A stretch of DNA of 64,000 nucleotides from Candidatus Latescibacterota bacterium (GTDB taxonomy: Bacteria > Latescibacterota > UBA2968 > GCA-2709665): NCBI GenBank assembly GCA_965219455.1, contig OZ244744.1:1568001-1632000 (forward strand), read 5' to 3'. A program made the translations under genes and the position numbers. Below, piece after piece: positions 1 through 9,296 of this stretch; within the stretch, counting starts at the first letter, position 1, and each line of letters starts with the position of its first letter. The notes under the pieces are model-generated. The model did not search any database and was not told the origin of the DNA. It worked only from the letters and a program-made list of their open reading frames with translations.

Positions 1-1
1 G

Positions 2-793
2 GACGGGAAACCCGACGTCTCCAAGGTGAGCAGCATTGACCTGGAAGCGCTGGCTAAGGAGTACCGGACACAGAAAATCATCTTCGAAACGTCACGGGAT
101 GTCTACGACCAGATGCAAGCGTCGTGGTCGGGAAGCCGGGAGTCACTGATCGCCCAGTTGGTGAAACTGGTCGAGCAGTTCCTCCTGTCGGACAGATTGT
201 CCATCACGCCTCCTTTGTTCTACCAGGACCACACTGCCCGGCGGCTCGTCATTGCGCTCAATATGACCAAGGTGGTGCAACACGTCTGGGACGCTGTTCG
301 TGTCGAGAACACGGAGAGGCTTGAGCCTGTATTTGACCGTGACCATCCTATCCGTTCGACTGCCAACGTGGCGACCTGGTACACCGGCAAGCCGTGCCAC
401 TTCACTGAGCGTAGCCACGTCAACATGTGCGTGTACGACAGCACCTGGGAAGCGTCGGAAGCGTTTGAGCTAGACCACAACCCCGTGGTTGATGCCTGGG
501 TGAAGAACGACCACCTGGGTTTTGAGGTGCTCTACGTATACCGGGGGGTGGTCCGAAAGTATCGTCCTGACTTCATCATCCGTCTTAAGTCAGGGAGTCT
601 GCTGGTTCTGGAGACGAAGGGACAACCCGACGAACAGAGCCGCTCCAAGCGCCGTGCATTGGAACAGTGGACCCAGGCCGTCAACCAGCACGGAGGCTTC
701 GGGTGGTGGTCGTCCGACGTTTCCTATAGCCCTGAGGACATCAAGGATATCCTACGGAAACACGGTAGGGCAGAGGTTGGCAAACTCGGATGA
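2..793 (+). CDS. Type III restriction enzyme Res subunit, C-terminal nuclease part (5' end outside window)
   Basis: Contains 'DSTWE...AWVKNDHLGFEV.Y...KYRPDFIIRL...LVLETKG', the PD-(D/E)xK C-terminus typical of type III Res proteins. The frame is open from the window start. Confidence 0.8.
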   Translation, partial: DGKPDVSKVSSIDLEALAKEYRTQKIIFETSRDVYDQMQASWSGSRESLIAQLVKLVEQFLLSDRLSITPPLFYQDHTARRLVIALNMTKVVQHVWDAVRVENTERLEPVFDRDHPIRSTANVATWYTGKPCHFTERSHVNMCVYDSTWEASEAFELDHNPVVDAWVKNDHLGFEVLYVYRGVVRKYRPDFIIRLKSGSLLVLETKGQPDEQSRSKRRALEQWTQAVNQHGGFGWWSSDVSYSPEDIKDILRKHGRAEVGKLG

Positions 794-1121
794 TGTGCGG
801 TCCAGATAGGCCCTACCCTCTTTGGACGTGATCACCCACCGCATAGTTCGCAGTACATTACGCTCTGGCCCACCAAACTGCACATAATCGAGAACTTTCA
901 AATTGAGGATCGATTTGGACCCGTAGTCAAGCGTGTATCCCGCCTTGTTGTGCGAAAGAGCGTTGCGAGAGAGGAGAGAGCAGGATAGACACTCACGTCC
1001 CCACCTTTTCCGTATCTTCCGGTTTCATACGAGTCATCGCCACCTCGCGGCCTACGGGCGTCGGCCTGTCCTTTGTAAAGACGAAATTGCAGAGATAGGC
1101 GCTGTCGGGTCCCCTTCGTTC

Positions 1122-1694
1122 TCAGACACCCGCTTCAGGGTCGTAGATGAAATTCCTCTCGGCGTCGGCCAGCAGGGGGAGTTCCAGGTCCTTCCCTGAA
1201 AGGATCGGATCGGCAACCGGCCAATCGATGGCGATGGCCGGATCGTCCCATACAATGCCCCGGTCCAGATCCGGTGCGAATTCGGCGGTAACTTTGTACG
1301 CGAACTCGGCCTCGTCGCTCAACACGCAAAACCCGTGCGCAAAACCCTCGGGAATGAAGAACATCCTGAAATTCTCTTCAGACAGCACAACCCCTTCCCA
1401 TTGTCCGAAGGTGGGAGCGTTCCTGCGGATATCGACGGCCACGTCGAACACCTCGCCCTTTACAACCCTGACCAGCTTGGCCTGGGCCTTCGGATGCAAC
1501 TGATAGTGTAACCCCCTCAGAACGCCCCTGACCGAATGGGAATGGATATCCTGGACGAACTTTGTGGAAATTCCGTTCGCCTCGAAATCAGACTTCTTAT
1601 AGGATTCCATCAGAAAACCGCGACTGTCTTTGAAAACCCGGGGCTCGACCAGGATGAGTTCGGGAATTCTCAGCCTTTGAAACCGGAATGGCAT
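1122..1694 (-). CDS. rfbC: dTDP-4-dehydrorhamnose 3,5-epimerase
   Basis: Motifs 'DSRGFLMESY', 'GVLRGLHYQ', 'GEVFDVAVDIR', 'IPEGFAHGF'. Start taken at ATG 1694 (MPFRFQR). Confidence 0.95.
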   Translation of the reverse strand: MPFRFQRLRIPELILVEPRVFKDSRGFLMESYKKSDFEANGISTKFVQDIHSHSVRGVLRGLHYQLHPKAQAKLVRVVKGEVFDVAVDIRRNAPTFGQWEGVVLSEENFRMFFIPEGFAHGFCVLSDEAEFAYKVTAEFAPDLDRGIVWDDPAIAIDWPVADPILSGKDLELPLLADAERNFIYDPEAGV

Positions 1695-1733
1695 CCAACT
1701 TCCTTTCCCGGAGAAATAGACGCGCATTTCGGA

Positions 1734-2768
1734 TCAGGAGTGCCGGGACGACACCTGCGTCCAGCCTTCCTCGTTCACGTCGATCCGCTTCAGGAGGGGT
1801 TCCCACCAGGCGCGATTGTCGGCGTACCAGAGTACCGTTTCTTTGAACCCGAGTTCGAAAGAAATCTCCGGGCGCCATCCGAGTCGGGTACGTAGCTTGT
1901 TCGAGTCCAGAAGGTACCTGCGGTCGTGTCCGGGGCGGTCCGGAACGTAGGACTTGTATGACGCGTCAAACCCGAGTACATTCAGAATCGTGTCTGCAAT
2001 CGTTTCGACGTCCACCTCAACGCCGCTGCCGACATTGTAGGTCTCTCCGACCCGGCCTTGTTTCAGGATCAGGTCGATGGCCCTGCAGTGGTCCAACACA
2101 TGGAGCCACTCCCGTTTGTTCCGGCTGCTCTTGTAGAGCGTCATCTTCTTATGATCCAGAACCTTAGTGACAAAAAGAGGAACCACCTTTTCCGGGAACT
2201 GGTAGGGTCCGTGGTTGTTCGCACAATTGGAAATCGTGACCGGCAGCCCGAATGTCTGATGGTACGCCCGGACCGCCAGGTCGGCCGCCGCTTTGGATGC
2301 GTTGTAGGGCGTACGTGGCTGATAGGGGTCGGTTTCCGAAAAGCTTGCCTCCGAATCGAGCGGCAGGTCCCCGTAGACCTCACAGGTTGAAATATGGTGA
2401 AACCTGGGCACTCCGGCGTCGTGCGCCGCCCGGAGCAGGCGCTGTGTCCCCAGCACGTTCGTCTCGTAGAAAACGTCCGGATTCACGACCGCACGACTGT
2501 TGTGGGACTCGGCGGCGAAGTTCACGATACAATCCGGCCGGTCCCGCTCGAAAAGATCTCGAGTCAACTCATAGTTGCCGATATCTCCTTGAACGAACTC
2601 ATACCTGCCGGGATATGTTTCCGCCACGTCGGAAAGGTTATCGAGGTTTCCCGCATACGTGAGCAAATCGTAGTTTACAACTCTGTCATCCGGATATTTG
2701 GACAACCAGTATCGAACAAAGTTCGAGCCGATAAACCCAGCGCCACCGGTCACAAAAATCTCGGCCAT
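1734..2768 (-). CDS. rfbB: dTDP-glucose 4,6-dehydratase
   Basis: Motifs 'VTGGAGFIGSNF', 'LTYAGNLDNL', 'NFAAESH', 'HISTCEVYG', 'PYNASKA', 'DRPGHDRRY'. Confidence 0.95.
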   Translation of the reverse strand: MAEIFVTGGAGFIGSNFVRYWLSKYPDDRVVNYDLLTYAGNLDNLSDVAETYPGRYEFVQGDIGNYELTRDLFERDRPDCIVNFAAESHNSRAVVNPDVFYETNVLGTQRLLRAAHDAGVPRFHHISTCEVYGDLPLDSEASFSETDPYQPRTPYNASKAAADLAVRAYHQTFGLPVTISNCANNHGPYQFPEKVVPLFVTKVLDHKKMTLYKSSRNKREWLHVLDHCRAIDLILKQGRVGETYNVGSGVEVDVETIADTILNVLGFDASYKSYVPDRPGHDRRYLLDSNKLRTRLGWRPEISFELGFKETVLWYADNRAWWEPLLKRIDVNEEGWTQVSSRHS

Positions 2769-2780
2769 AATGGTCCCCTA

Positions 2781-4483
2781 GCGCGGCTTCGCTTTGCTCA
2801 GCCGCAACCAAATAGGTGGTAGTCAAGAGCAGATTGTTTTTGGGTATGCAAAACGGCGTTCATCCCCTATGATGGTGGTACCCACCGCCATCAATGGAAG
2901 GAGGAACGCCGTGAAAGACTTCGTGGACCAATGTAGTGAAAAAATCACCGGAGTGGTATCCTGTTTTGATCGGGTTCTGTTCAAAGGGTACCTGCCGCTG
3001 GGATTTGGAACTGCGATGGAGCGGTTCATCAGCAATCAGGGTTTGTTGTTGAAGGACTTCAAGCGTTTTGTGATGACGCATTCCGATACGATCAAAGCCC
3101 ACGCGGAGGCGATGGCAAACAAGCACGAGCGCCCGTTCATCTATCTGCAACGCAACACCATCAGGAAAGAGGACGAAGCGCGACGGTTGGCAAAACGCGA
3201 TGGGATCACGCAAGGCCTGGTCTGTGTGTTTCGGGCCCTGGAAGGCTGCCAGAGTTTCAAGCTGGTGCCAGGGGAAGGAAGGCCTCGCCTGATCAACGCA
3301 CAACGGAAATGCCTGTGCTACTACTTCTACTGGATTGACCGGGAGTTTGGACTGATGCATATCCGCATCCAGTCCTGGTTCCCGCTGGTGGTACAGATCT
3401 GTCTCAATGGCCACGAGTTCTTGGCGCGCAAGCTCGACAAACACGGCATCGCCTATGAAAAATTGGACAACGCGTTTGTCTGGATTGCCGATGTGGACCG
3501 GGCGCAACGCTTTGCCGATCGTTTTGTGGGCAAGAATTGGCCGCGCATTCTCTCTGCGTTCGCCCGCAAGGTCAACCCCCTGCTCAACGACCTGCTTTTG
3601 GGCATGGACTACTACTGGGTCGTTGACCAGGCCGAGTTCGCCACCGACGTGATGTTCCAAAACCCCCACGCCCTGAAGGCGCTGTATGAAAACCTGCTCA
3701 GACACACGGTGCTGTGCTTCTCTCCCCAGGACATCTTGACCTTCCTGGGCCGCAAACTCCACGGCAACTTTCAGGGTGAAGTCCTCACGGACTTCAAAAA
3801 CAAACGCCACAAAGGCGCAAGAGTCAAACACCGGATGTGTGAGAACTGGATTAAAATGTACGACAAACACGGGTGCGTACTACGCGTCGAAACAGTGATC
3901 AACCATCCAAGGCAGTTCAAGGTTCGCCGCTGGGGCATACGGCGAGGACAACGCGTGATGGGCTGGTATCCCATGGCCAAAGGCGTGGCCAACCTCTACC
4001 GCTATCGGGAAATCTCGTTGACGGCCAACCAACGCTACTTTCAGGCGCTGTCCGCAGCCCCTGACGCCGCTACCGGACATCAAAGCCTCACCACACTGGC
4101 GCGGCCACGCAGGCACAAGGGACGTACCTATCGGGGCTTTAACCCCGCCGACCTTTACGACCTCGACCTGTTTACCGCTGTGTTGAAAGGCGAACACGCC
4201 CTTATGGGCTTCCGCAACCAGGACATCCGAACACACCTCTTCCAACAACCCGCATCCCTTCTGCAACGCACTCGGCACGCCAATGCCACCAGCCGCCTCC
4301 TCAAACGTCTACACGTCCGCGGCCTGATTGCAAAAATCCCACGGTCCAGACGATGGCGCGTCACACCCGCGGGGCACAAAACACTCGCCTTGTCTTTGAC
4401 CCTTTACCATCAACACCCTACCACTAAACAAGCAGCATGAATAATTATCTACGCATTTTGCGTAGAAGTCACACTGTAAGACT
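2781..4483 (+). mobile_element. Putative insertion element without terminal inverted repeats, flanked by CTA/CTA (TAG on minus strand), with hairpins near both ends
   Basis: Removing 2781-4483 and one CTA restores the minus-strand junction 'TTC TTT TAG gggaccatt ATG' (antiporter stop, RBS, rfbB start). CTA lies at 2778-2780 and 4484-4486. Hairpins at 2783-2805 (gcggct...agccgc) and 4448-4466 (tctacgca-ttt-tgcgtaga). Its single ORF is antisense to the surrounding operon. Confidence 0.8.
2911..4440 (+). CDS. Putative transposase, about 509 aa, with Rep_trans-like motifs and a C-terminal winged HTH
   Basis: GTG start at 2911 preceded by GGAGG. Very basic protein. Motifs 'QAEFATD' and 'IKMYDK....LRVETVIN'. 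The C-terminal 'SRLLKRLHVRGLIAKIPRSRRWRVT' is wHTH-like. It is the only ORF inside the insertion. Confidence 0.7.
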   Translation: MKDFVDQCSEKITGVVSCFDRVLFKGYLPLGFGTAMERFISNQGLLLKDFKRFVMTHSDTIKAHAEAMANKHERPFIYLQRNTIRKEDEARRLAKRDGITQGLVCVFRALEGCQSFKLVPGEGRPRLINAQRKCLCYYFYWIDREFGLMHIRIQSWFPLVVQICLNGHEFLARKLDKHGIAYEKLDNAFVWIADVDRAQRFADRFVGKNWPRILSAFARKVNPLLNDLLLGMDYYWVVDQAEFATDVMFQNPHALKALYENLLRHTVLCFSPQDILTFLGRKLHGNFQGEVLTDFKNKRHKGARVKHRMCENWIKMYDKHGCVLRVETVINHPRQFKVRRWGIRRGQRVMGWYPMAKGVANLYRYREISLTANQRYFQALSAAPDAATGHQSLTTLARPRRHKGRTYRGFNPADLYDLDLFTAVLKGEHALMGFRNQDIRTHLFQQPASLLQRTRHANATSRLLKRLHVRGLIAKIPRSRRWRVTPAGHKTLALSLTLYHQHPTTKQAA

Positions 4484-5461
4484 CTAAAAGAACAATACCC
4501 CCGTTAGAAGCAGATACACCCCGTATACCGCCAAAAGCACGAAACCTTCGATTCGGGTCAGGCGGTGGCCCGTACGCATCATGAAAAGCATCGCCAGCAC
4601 AATCGCCAGCATGGCCGGAAACGAAAAATGGATCACTTTGGTCGACACCACGAGCGGATTCACAACCGCGGATGCCCCGGCGATCCAGCAGATATTCAGG
4701 ATGTCCGCACCCAGAATATTGCCTACCACGATCTCTCCATGTCCCCCCCGCGCGGCCGTCACGCCCGTGGCGATTTCCGGCAACGACGTACCGATGGCAA
4801 CAACCGTAAGCGCAATCACAGCTTCGCTGACGCCCAGAGCCGAGGCGATGGTTACTGCGGATCCCACAATAAAATGACTGGATATCAACACCCCGACCAG
4901 CCCCACGCAGAACCAGAGCAGCAACATCCCCGGACCGCGTCCCTCAATTGACGCCTCGATCTCCTTCAGTTCCTCCAACCGGTTTCCTTCTGCCTCGGAA
5001 GATCGACGACGCGTCACATAGGTAAATACCGTGTACGCCACGAACAGCAGAAGCAGTACCCCTCCCTCGACGCGCCCCAGGCGCCCGTCAAACGCCATCG
5101 CGTAAGCGGCCAGATCCACGACAATCAAAAATATCCCGGTCGTCCGTAACAAATATGGATTGATGAGAATCGGCGTCCCTGCCACGAGGACGCCCAGCGG
5201 CAGCGCAACGCCGTCGTCCACAATCACGGAACCGACGGCATTGCCCAGTGCCATTTCCGGATGCCCCTCAAGTGCGGATAGCACGGACACGGCCAGTTCG
5301 GGCGAGGTTGTCGCCAGGCTCACCAGCACGATGCCGATCAGCATTTTCGGCACGTTCAGATATTCGGCAACCCCCACCGCTCCGTCCACAAACCAGGAAG
5401 CGCACTTGGCAAGAACCAGGAAACACACCGCCAGAACGCCGATCGCAACCGGTATACTCAT
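4484..5461 (-). CDS. Calcium/sodium antiporter (CaCA, YrbG-like)
   Basis: Two alpha-repeats, 'SLATTSPELAVS...GNAVGS' and 'AIGTSLPEIAT...GNILGADILN', with about 10 TM helices. Start at ATG 5461 (MSIPVAIG); the upstream ORF extension overlaps tatC. Confidence 0.9.
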   Translation of the reverse strand: MSIPVAIGVLAVCFLVLAKCASWFVDGAVGVAEYLNVPKMLIGIVLVSLATTSPELAVSVLSALEGHPEMALGNAVGSVIVDDGVALPLGVLVAGTPILINPYLLRTTGIFLIVVDLAAYAMAFDGRLGRVEGGVLLLLFVAYTVFTYVTRRRSSEAEGNRLEELKEIEASIEGRGPGMLLLWFCVGLVGVLISSHFIVGSAVTIASALGVSEAVIALTVVAIGTSLPEIATGVTAARGGHGEIVVGNILGADILNICWIAGASAVVNPLVVSTKVIHFSFPAMLAIVLAMLFMMRTGHRLTRIEGFVLLAVYGVYLLLTGVLFF

Positions 5462-5532
5462 TAAAAACAAGTCCTTGTCAATCCAAATTAGCCAGTCAAT
5501 AGCGATCGGGCGGCCCCCGGCGGGCGCCTGGC

Positions 5533-7854
5533 TCATCTGCCGGCGACTCTGGCCACCCAGATGCTGAATTCGTATAGCAGCACGAGCGGCAGCGCCATCA
5601 TCAGTTGGGAGATCGGATCCGGAGGCGTGAGCAGGGCCGCCAGTATAAAACCGATCACCATCGCATACCGCCTTCCCCGGCGCATTCGATCCGCGGTCAA
5701 CAGGCCAATCCGACTCAGGAAAAACGCCGCTACCGGCAGTTCGAAAACGACACCGAAGGCAACCAGCAGTCTCAATACAAAGCCGATGTAATAACCGATA
5801 TCGAACTGGGGGTCGACGCCGGTGCCCTCGCCGATCATAATCAGGAACCGAAACGACAGCGGCACCACGCTCAGGTAGGCAATGGCGCCTCCCAGAACAA
5901 AACAGATCGACGATGAAAAAACAATAAAAGATACGTACCGCCGCTCCAATGTCAATAAACCCGGCGCAACGAAGATCCACAATTGATACAGGAGAAACGG
6001 CAACGCCAGGATCGCACCGCCCACGAGGGTAATTTGAAGTTTGACGAGAAACATCCCCATCGGCTTCAAATATATAAGCTTGACGGGCGGTTCAACCGGC
6101 GCCACGCCCAACAGCTCCATTACAGGGGTCACGTCCCGAACGGGCAACACGAGCCACCCCAGGATGCGGTCCGAAAATATCCCGCAGATTACGGCTCCGA
6201 CCACAAGGGCCGCCAGCCCCTTCAATATGCGCCACCGGAGTTCCTCCAGATGATCCAGAAAGGGCATTGGCTTGTCGTCGACACCCGCGAACGGTTCGGG
6301 GGCGCGTTCGGCGGGAGTTCCGGCGTCCGGGGGCAGAATCGACGGCGTTGCATCCATCGTGTGCCGTCGGAAGGCCATCGCCACCAGAATTGCGCCAAGA
6401 ACCAGGCAGAGTTGGGAGAATAAGTCTCCGTACCTCGTATAGAGCGTCTTTGCGCTTCGTGGCGCCACCCCCTGTGTCAGCACGGCCGGATGGAAAATTC
6501 CCGTTGTCCCCGACTTCCGTCCATAGGCGTCAATAAACGTGGACACGCCTGTATTCGCGCAGCGTACCACGGCCCGCCGGTTCTCGATGGCGCGAAACAC
6601 CGCCGCCTCGGCATGCTGATAGGGTCCGGAAGTTCGACCGAACCAGCCATCATTGGTAATGATCACCAGAAATTCGGCGCCCAGGTCCACAAAAGCCCGA
6701 ACAAAACCCGGAAAGACCGAATCGTAACAGATCAGCGCGGCGAACCGGGCCTCAGGACCATTGAATACAGTCCGGCTCTCTCCGGAATCCCAGTTGCCCC
6801 CCACGAACCCGCCGCCGGTGAACCGGATCGTCCGCAAAAAAGGCAATATATCCGGGAACGGCGCACGTTCGCCGAACGGCACCAGGCGAGTCTTGTCGTA
6901 GTATCCCGTGATCCCTTTTCCGGGGACGAACAGAAACGAGGAGTTGTACACCTTCACCGGGTCGCCAACCTCCAGTCGGTACGCACCCGTATAAAGGAAG
7001 ATGTCCAGCGAGTCCACCATCGCCTGCACCCGCTCGCGATGGTGCCGGTACAATTCCCCTTTCAGATAGCCGACCGCCGTCTCGGGCCACACCACAAGCT
7101 TCGCCCCCTGCCCTGCGGCCTTTGCGGTCATCGGCTTCAGCTTGCCGAAATTGTAATCGAAACCCCTGTATTCTTTGGCCACCGGGGGCATATCCGGCTG
7201 GACCACGCCCACCGGCACGGCCTGCTCATCCGGATCATTCTTCAACGTCAGATACCCGTTCGCAGCCGGTCCCGCAAAAAGGGCCGCCAGCCCCGCAGCC
7301 CATACCCAGCGCCGTGCCCGGTTCCTCCACAGCATCAGCAAGCTCAGATTGACCACCACAATCCAGAACGAAACCCCGTACACCCCCGTCACTTCAGCAT
7401 ACTGAATCAGCCACAGATACGCCGTCTGCGAATTTCCGAGCACCACCCATGGAAACCCCATATCTCCCAGAGAATTGAAATACTCGAACGCAACCCAGAG
7501 AATGGGCGCGCTCCATATGCCCGCCTCGCCGTACCGCCGCACGACGCGGGCGAACGTCCACAGAAACAGCCCGCGAAACAGGGACATGTAGAAAACCGCC
7601 CCGGCCATGCCCGGCGGCGTGATCGAACCGATCCAGTAGAGTGTCGCTCCGTAGAAAAATATCCCCTGAACGAACCCGGCGCCAAAGGCCTCCCGGCCGC
7701 GCAGCCGTTCCGCCGAAATCAACAGCGGGATAAGCGCCCCGTAAGACAGGAAACCCAGGGGCAGGGGTGGGAACGCCGCGCCCAGGACAAGACCCGAAAC
7801 CGCCGGAAACACCACCATCCATTTCCAGTCTGTGCCCTGCCTCGCCTCCGTCAT
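5533..7854 (-). CDS. lnt-tatC: Fusion of apolipoprotein N-acyltransferase (Lnt) and twin-arginine translocase subunit TatC
   Basis: Lnt motifs 'GFPWVVLGNSQ', 'VVWPET', 'YDKTRLVPFGE', 'ICYDS', 'TNDGWF', 'RAIENRR...ANTGVS' run in frame, through a Pro-rich linker, into TatC motifs 'MPFLDHLEELRWR' (from 6267), 'YQLWIFVAPGL', 'FELP', 'LTPPDPISQ', 'LYE'. Confidence 0.9.
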   Translation of the reverse strand: MTEARQGTDWKWMVVFPAVSGLVLGAAFPPLPLGFLSYGALIPLLISAERLRGREAFGAGFVQGIFFYGATLYWIGSITPPGMAGAVFYMSLFRGLFLWTFARVVRRYGEAGIWSAPILWVAFEYFNSLGDMGFPWVVLGNSQTAYLWLIQYAEVTGVYGVSFWIVVVNLSLLMLWRNRARRWVWAAGLAALFAGPAANGYLTLKNDPDEQAVPVGVVQPDMPPVAKEYRGFDYNFGKLKPMTAKAAGQGAKLVVWPETAVGYLKGELYRHHRERVQAMVDSLDIFLYTGAYRLEVGDPVKVYNSSFLFVPGKGITGYYDKTRLVPFGERAPFPDILPFLRTIRFTGGGFVGGNWDSGESRTVFNGPEARFAALICYDSVFPGFVRAFVDLGAEFLVIITNDGWFGRTSGPYQHAEAAVFRAIENRRAVVRCANTGVSTFIDAYGRKSGTTGIFHPAVLTQGVAPRSAKTLYTRYGDLFSQLCLVLGAILVAMAFRRHTMDATPSILPPDAGTPAERAPEPFAGVDDKPMPFLDHLEELRWRILKGLAALVVGAVICGIFSDRILGWLVLPVRDVTPVMELLGVAPVEPPVKLIYLKPMGMFLVKLQITLVGGAILALPFLLYQLWIFVAPGLLTLERRYVSFIVFSSSICFVLGGAIAYLSVVPLSFRFLIMIGEGTGVDPQFDIGYYIGFVLRLLVAFGVVFELPVAAFFLSRIGLLTADRMRRGRRYAMVIGFILAALLTPPDPISQLMMALPLVLLYEFSIWVARVAGR

Positions 7855-8132
7855 AATTCCGGTTCCTCCAAACCCTTCTGCCGGTTCTTCACCGGCCGCG
7901 TTGCGACCATCCAGGCTGCGGGACAGAAAAACCGGTTGGCCGCAAGCAGTGAGTCCCGCCAACCGGTTGGGTTGAACCCCGCCCCAAAAACCCACTTAGA
8001 ATATAAGCGAATGAACCCTTTTGTCAAACCGGTACCATTCGCCCTCAACCGCTTGACAAGCCATGGGAAATTCCATAATTTCCGTTCACATTTCGCCGCC
8101 TCTCACCCGCATTTACTGACGGTATCCCTCCA

Positions 8133-9296
8133 GTGCTTCCCCATCTCGCCACGGAGCTGGACAATCTGAAAGCCCTCGGGCTGTACCGCAGCCTCCATCT
8201 GGTGGAAGGCGCGCAGGGCCCCAGAGTCCGCATCGACGGCAAAGAACGTCTCCTCTTCTGCTCCAACAACTACCTCGGGCTTGCAAACCACCCCATTCTG
8301 AAAGAAGAAGCGGACGCTGCGCTGCGTACGTACGGGCTCAGCGCGGCGGCCTCCCGGCTCATTTCCGGCAATATGGAACCGCATCGGACACTGGAACGCC
8401 GGCTGGCCCGTTTCCTGGGAACAGACTCGGCCCTCTGCTTTCCCACCGGCTACATGGCGAACCTGGGCGCGGTGAGCGCGCTCGTGGGGCCCCAGGACGC
8501 GATCTTCAGCGACCGCCTGAACCATCGCAGCATCATCGACGCCTGCCGGCTCTCCCGCGCGAAAACCCTTGTCTATCGCCACCGGGACGTCGACCATCTG
8601 GACAAGCTGCTCCGGACCCAACACCCATTCCGCCGGCGCCTGATCGTCACCGACGGGCTGTTCAGCATGGACGGCGACCTTGCCCCCCTGCCCGATCTTG
8701 TGGAGGCTGCGAACCGGCACAGTGCCATGCTTATGGTTGACGATGCCCATGGGACCGGGGTGCTTGGCGCTTCCGGCCGGGGGATCCACGAACACTTCGG
8801 CATTGCCCGGGGCATCGACATTCTGACGACCTCCGGCAGCAAGGCCCTGGGCGCGTACGGCGGATTCGTCGCCGGAGATACGGAACTCATCGACCTGCTG
8901 ATCAATCGTGCCCCGGCCTTCGTATACACTTCCGCCCTGCCACCCGACGCGTGCGCGGCCGCTACGGCCGCGTTGGGACTCATCGAAACCCGGTCGGACC
9001 TGCGAAAAAGCCTCCGGCGAAACGTCCACGCCGTCCGCAGCGCCCTGCACGACATCGGTTTCGATCTCATGGGCTCCCGATCACAGATTGTTCCGATCCT
9101 TATCGGCGACGCGGACCGCACCGTGGCGATTTCTGACCATCTCTTCCAGGAGGGGATCTTTCTGAGCGGCATCCGGCCGCCAACCGTACCCGAGGGCGAG
9201 AGCCGCCTTCGCCTCACGCTCATGGCCGACCACAGCGAGGAGGATATCAACCGTCTCATCCAGGCACTGGCAGATGTCCGCACGGCTTTCTTTTAG
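8133..9296 (+). CDS. bioF: 8-amino-7-oxononanoate synthase
   Basis: Motifs 'FCSNNYLGLA', 'GYMANLG', 'SDRLNHRSIIDA', 'TDGLFSMDGD', 'VDDAHG', 'SKALG', 'IRPPTVP'. Confidence 0.9.
   Translation: MLPHLATELDNLKALGLYRSLHLVEGAQGPRVRIDGKERLLFCSNNYLGLANHPILKEEADAALRTYGLSAAASRLISGNMEPHRTLERRLARFLGTDSALCFPTGYMANLGAVSALVGPQDAIFSDRLNHRSIIDACRLSRAKTLVYRHRDVDHLDKLLRTQHPFRRRLIVTDGLFSMDGDLAPLPDLVEAANRHSAMLMVDDAHGTGVLGASGRGIHEHFGIARGIDILTTSGSKALGAYGGFVAGDTELIDLLINRAPAFVYTSALPPDACAAATAALGLIETRSDLRKSLRRNVHAVRSALHDIGFDLMGSRSQIVPILIGDADRTVAISDHLFQEGIFLSGIRPPTVPEGESRLRLTLMADHSEEDINRLIQALADVRTAFF

Noticed and set aside
794-1121. Possible island boundary or att site after the type III restriction gene
   Set aside because: No tRNA fragment, integrase or direct repeat visible within the window.
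2794-2910. N-terminal extension of the transposase ORF from TTG 2794
   Set aside because: It lies in the element's end hairpin; GTG 2911 has a clear GGAGG RBS.
5462-5980. N-terminal extension of the antiporter (possible triple fusion with TatC)
   Set aside because: Different frame from tatC, which has its own stop at 5533; the extension is not protein-like.
6490-8169. 559-aa plus-strand ORF
   Set aside because: Antisense shadow of lnt; Arg/Pro-rich with no motifs, as expected in GC-rich DNA.
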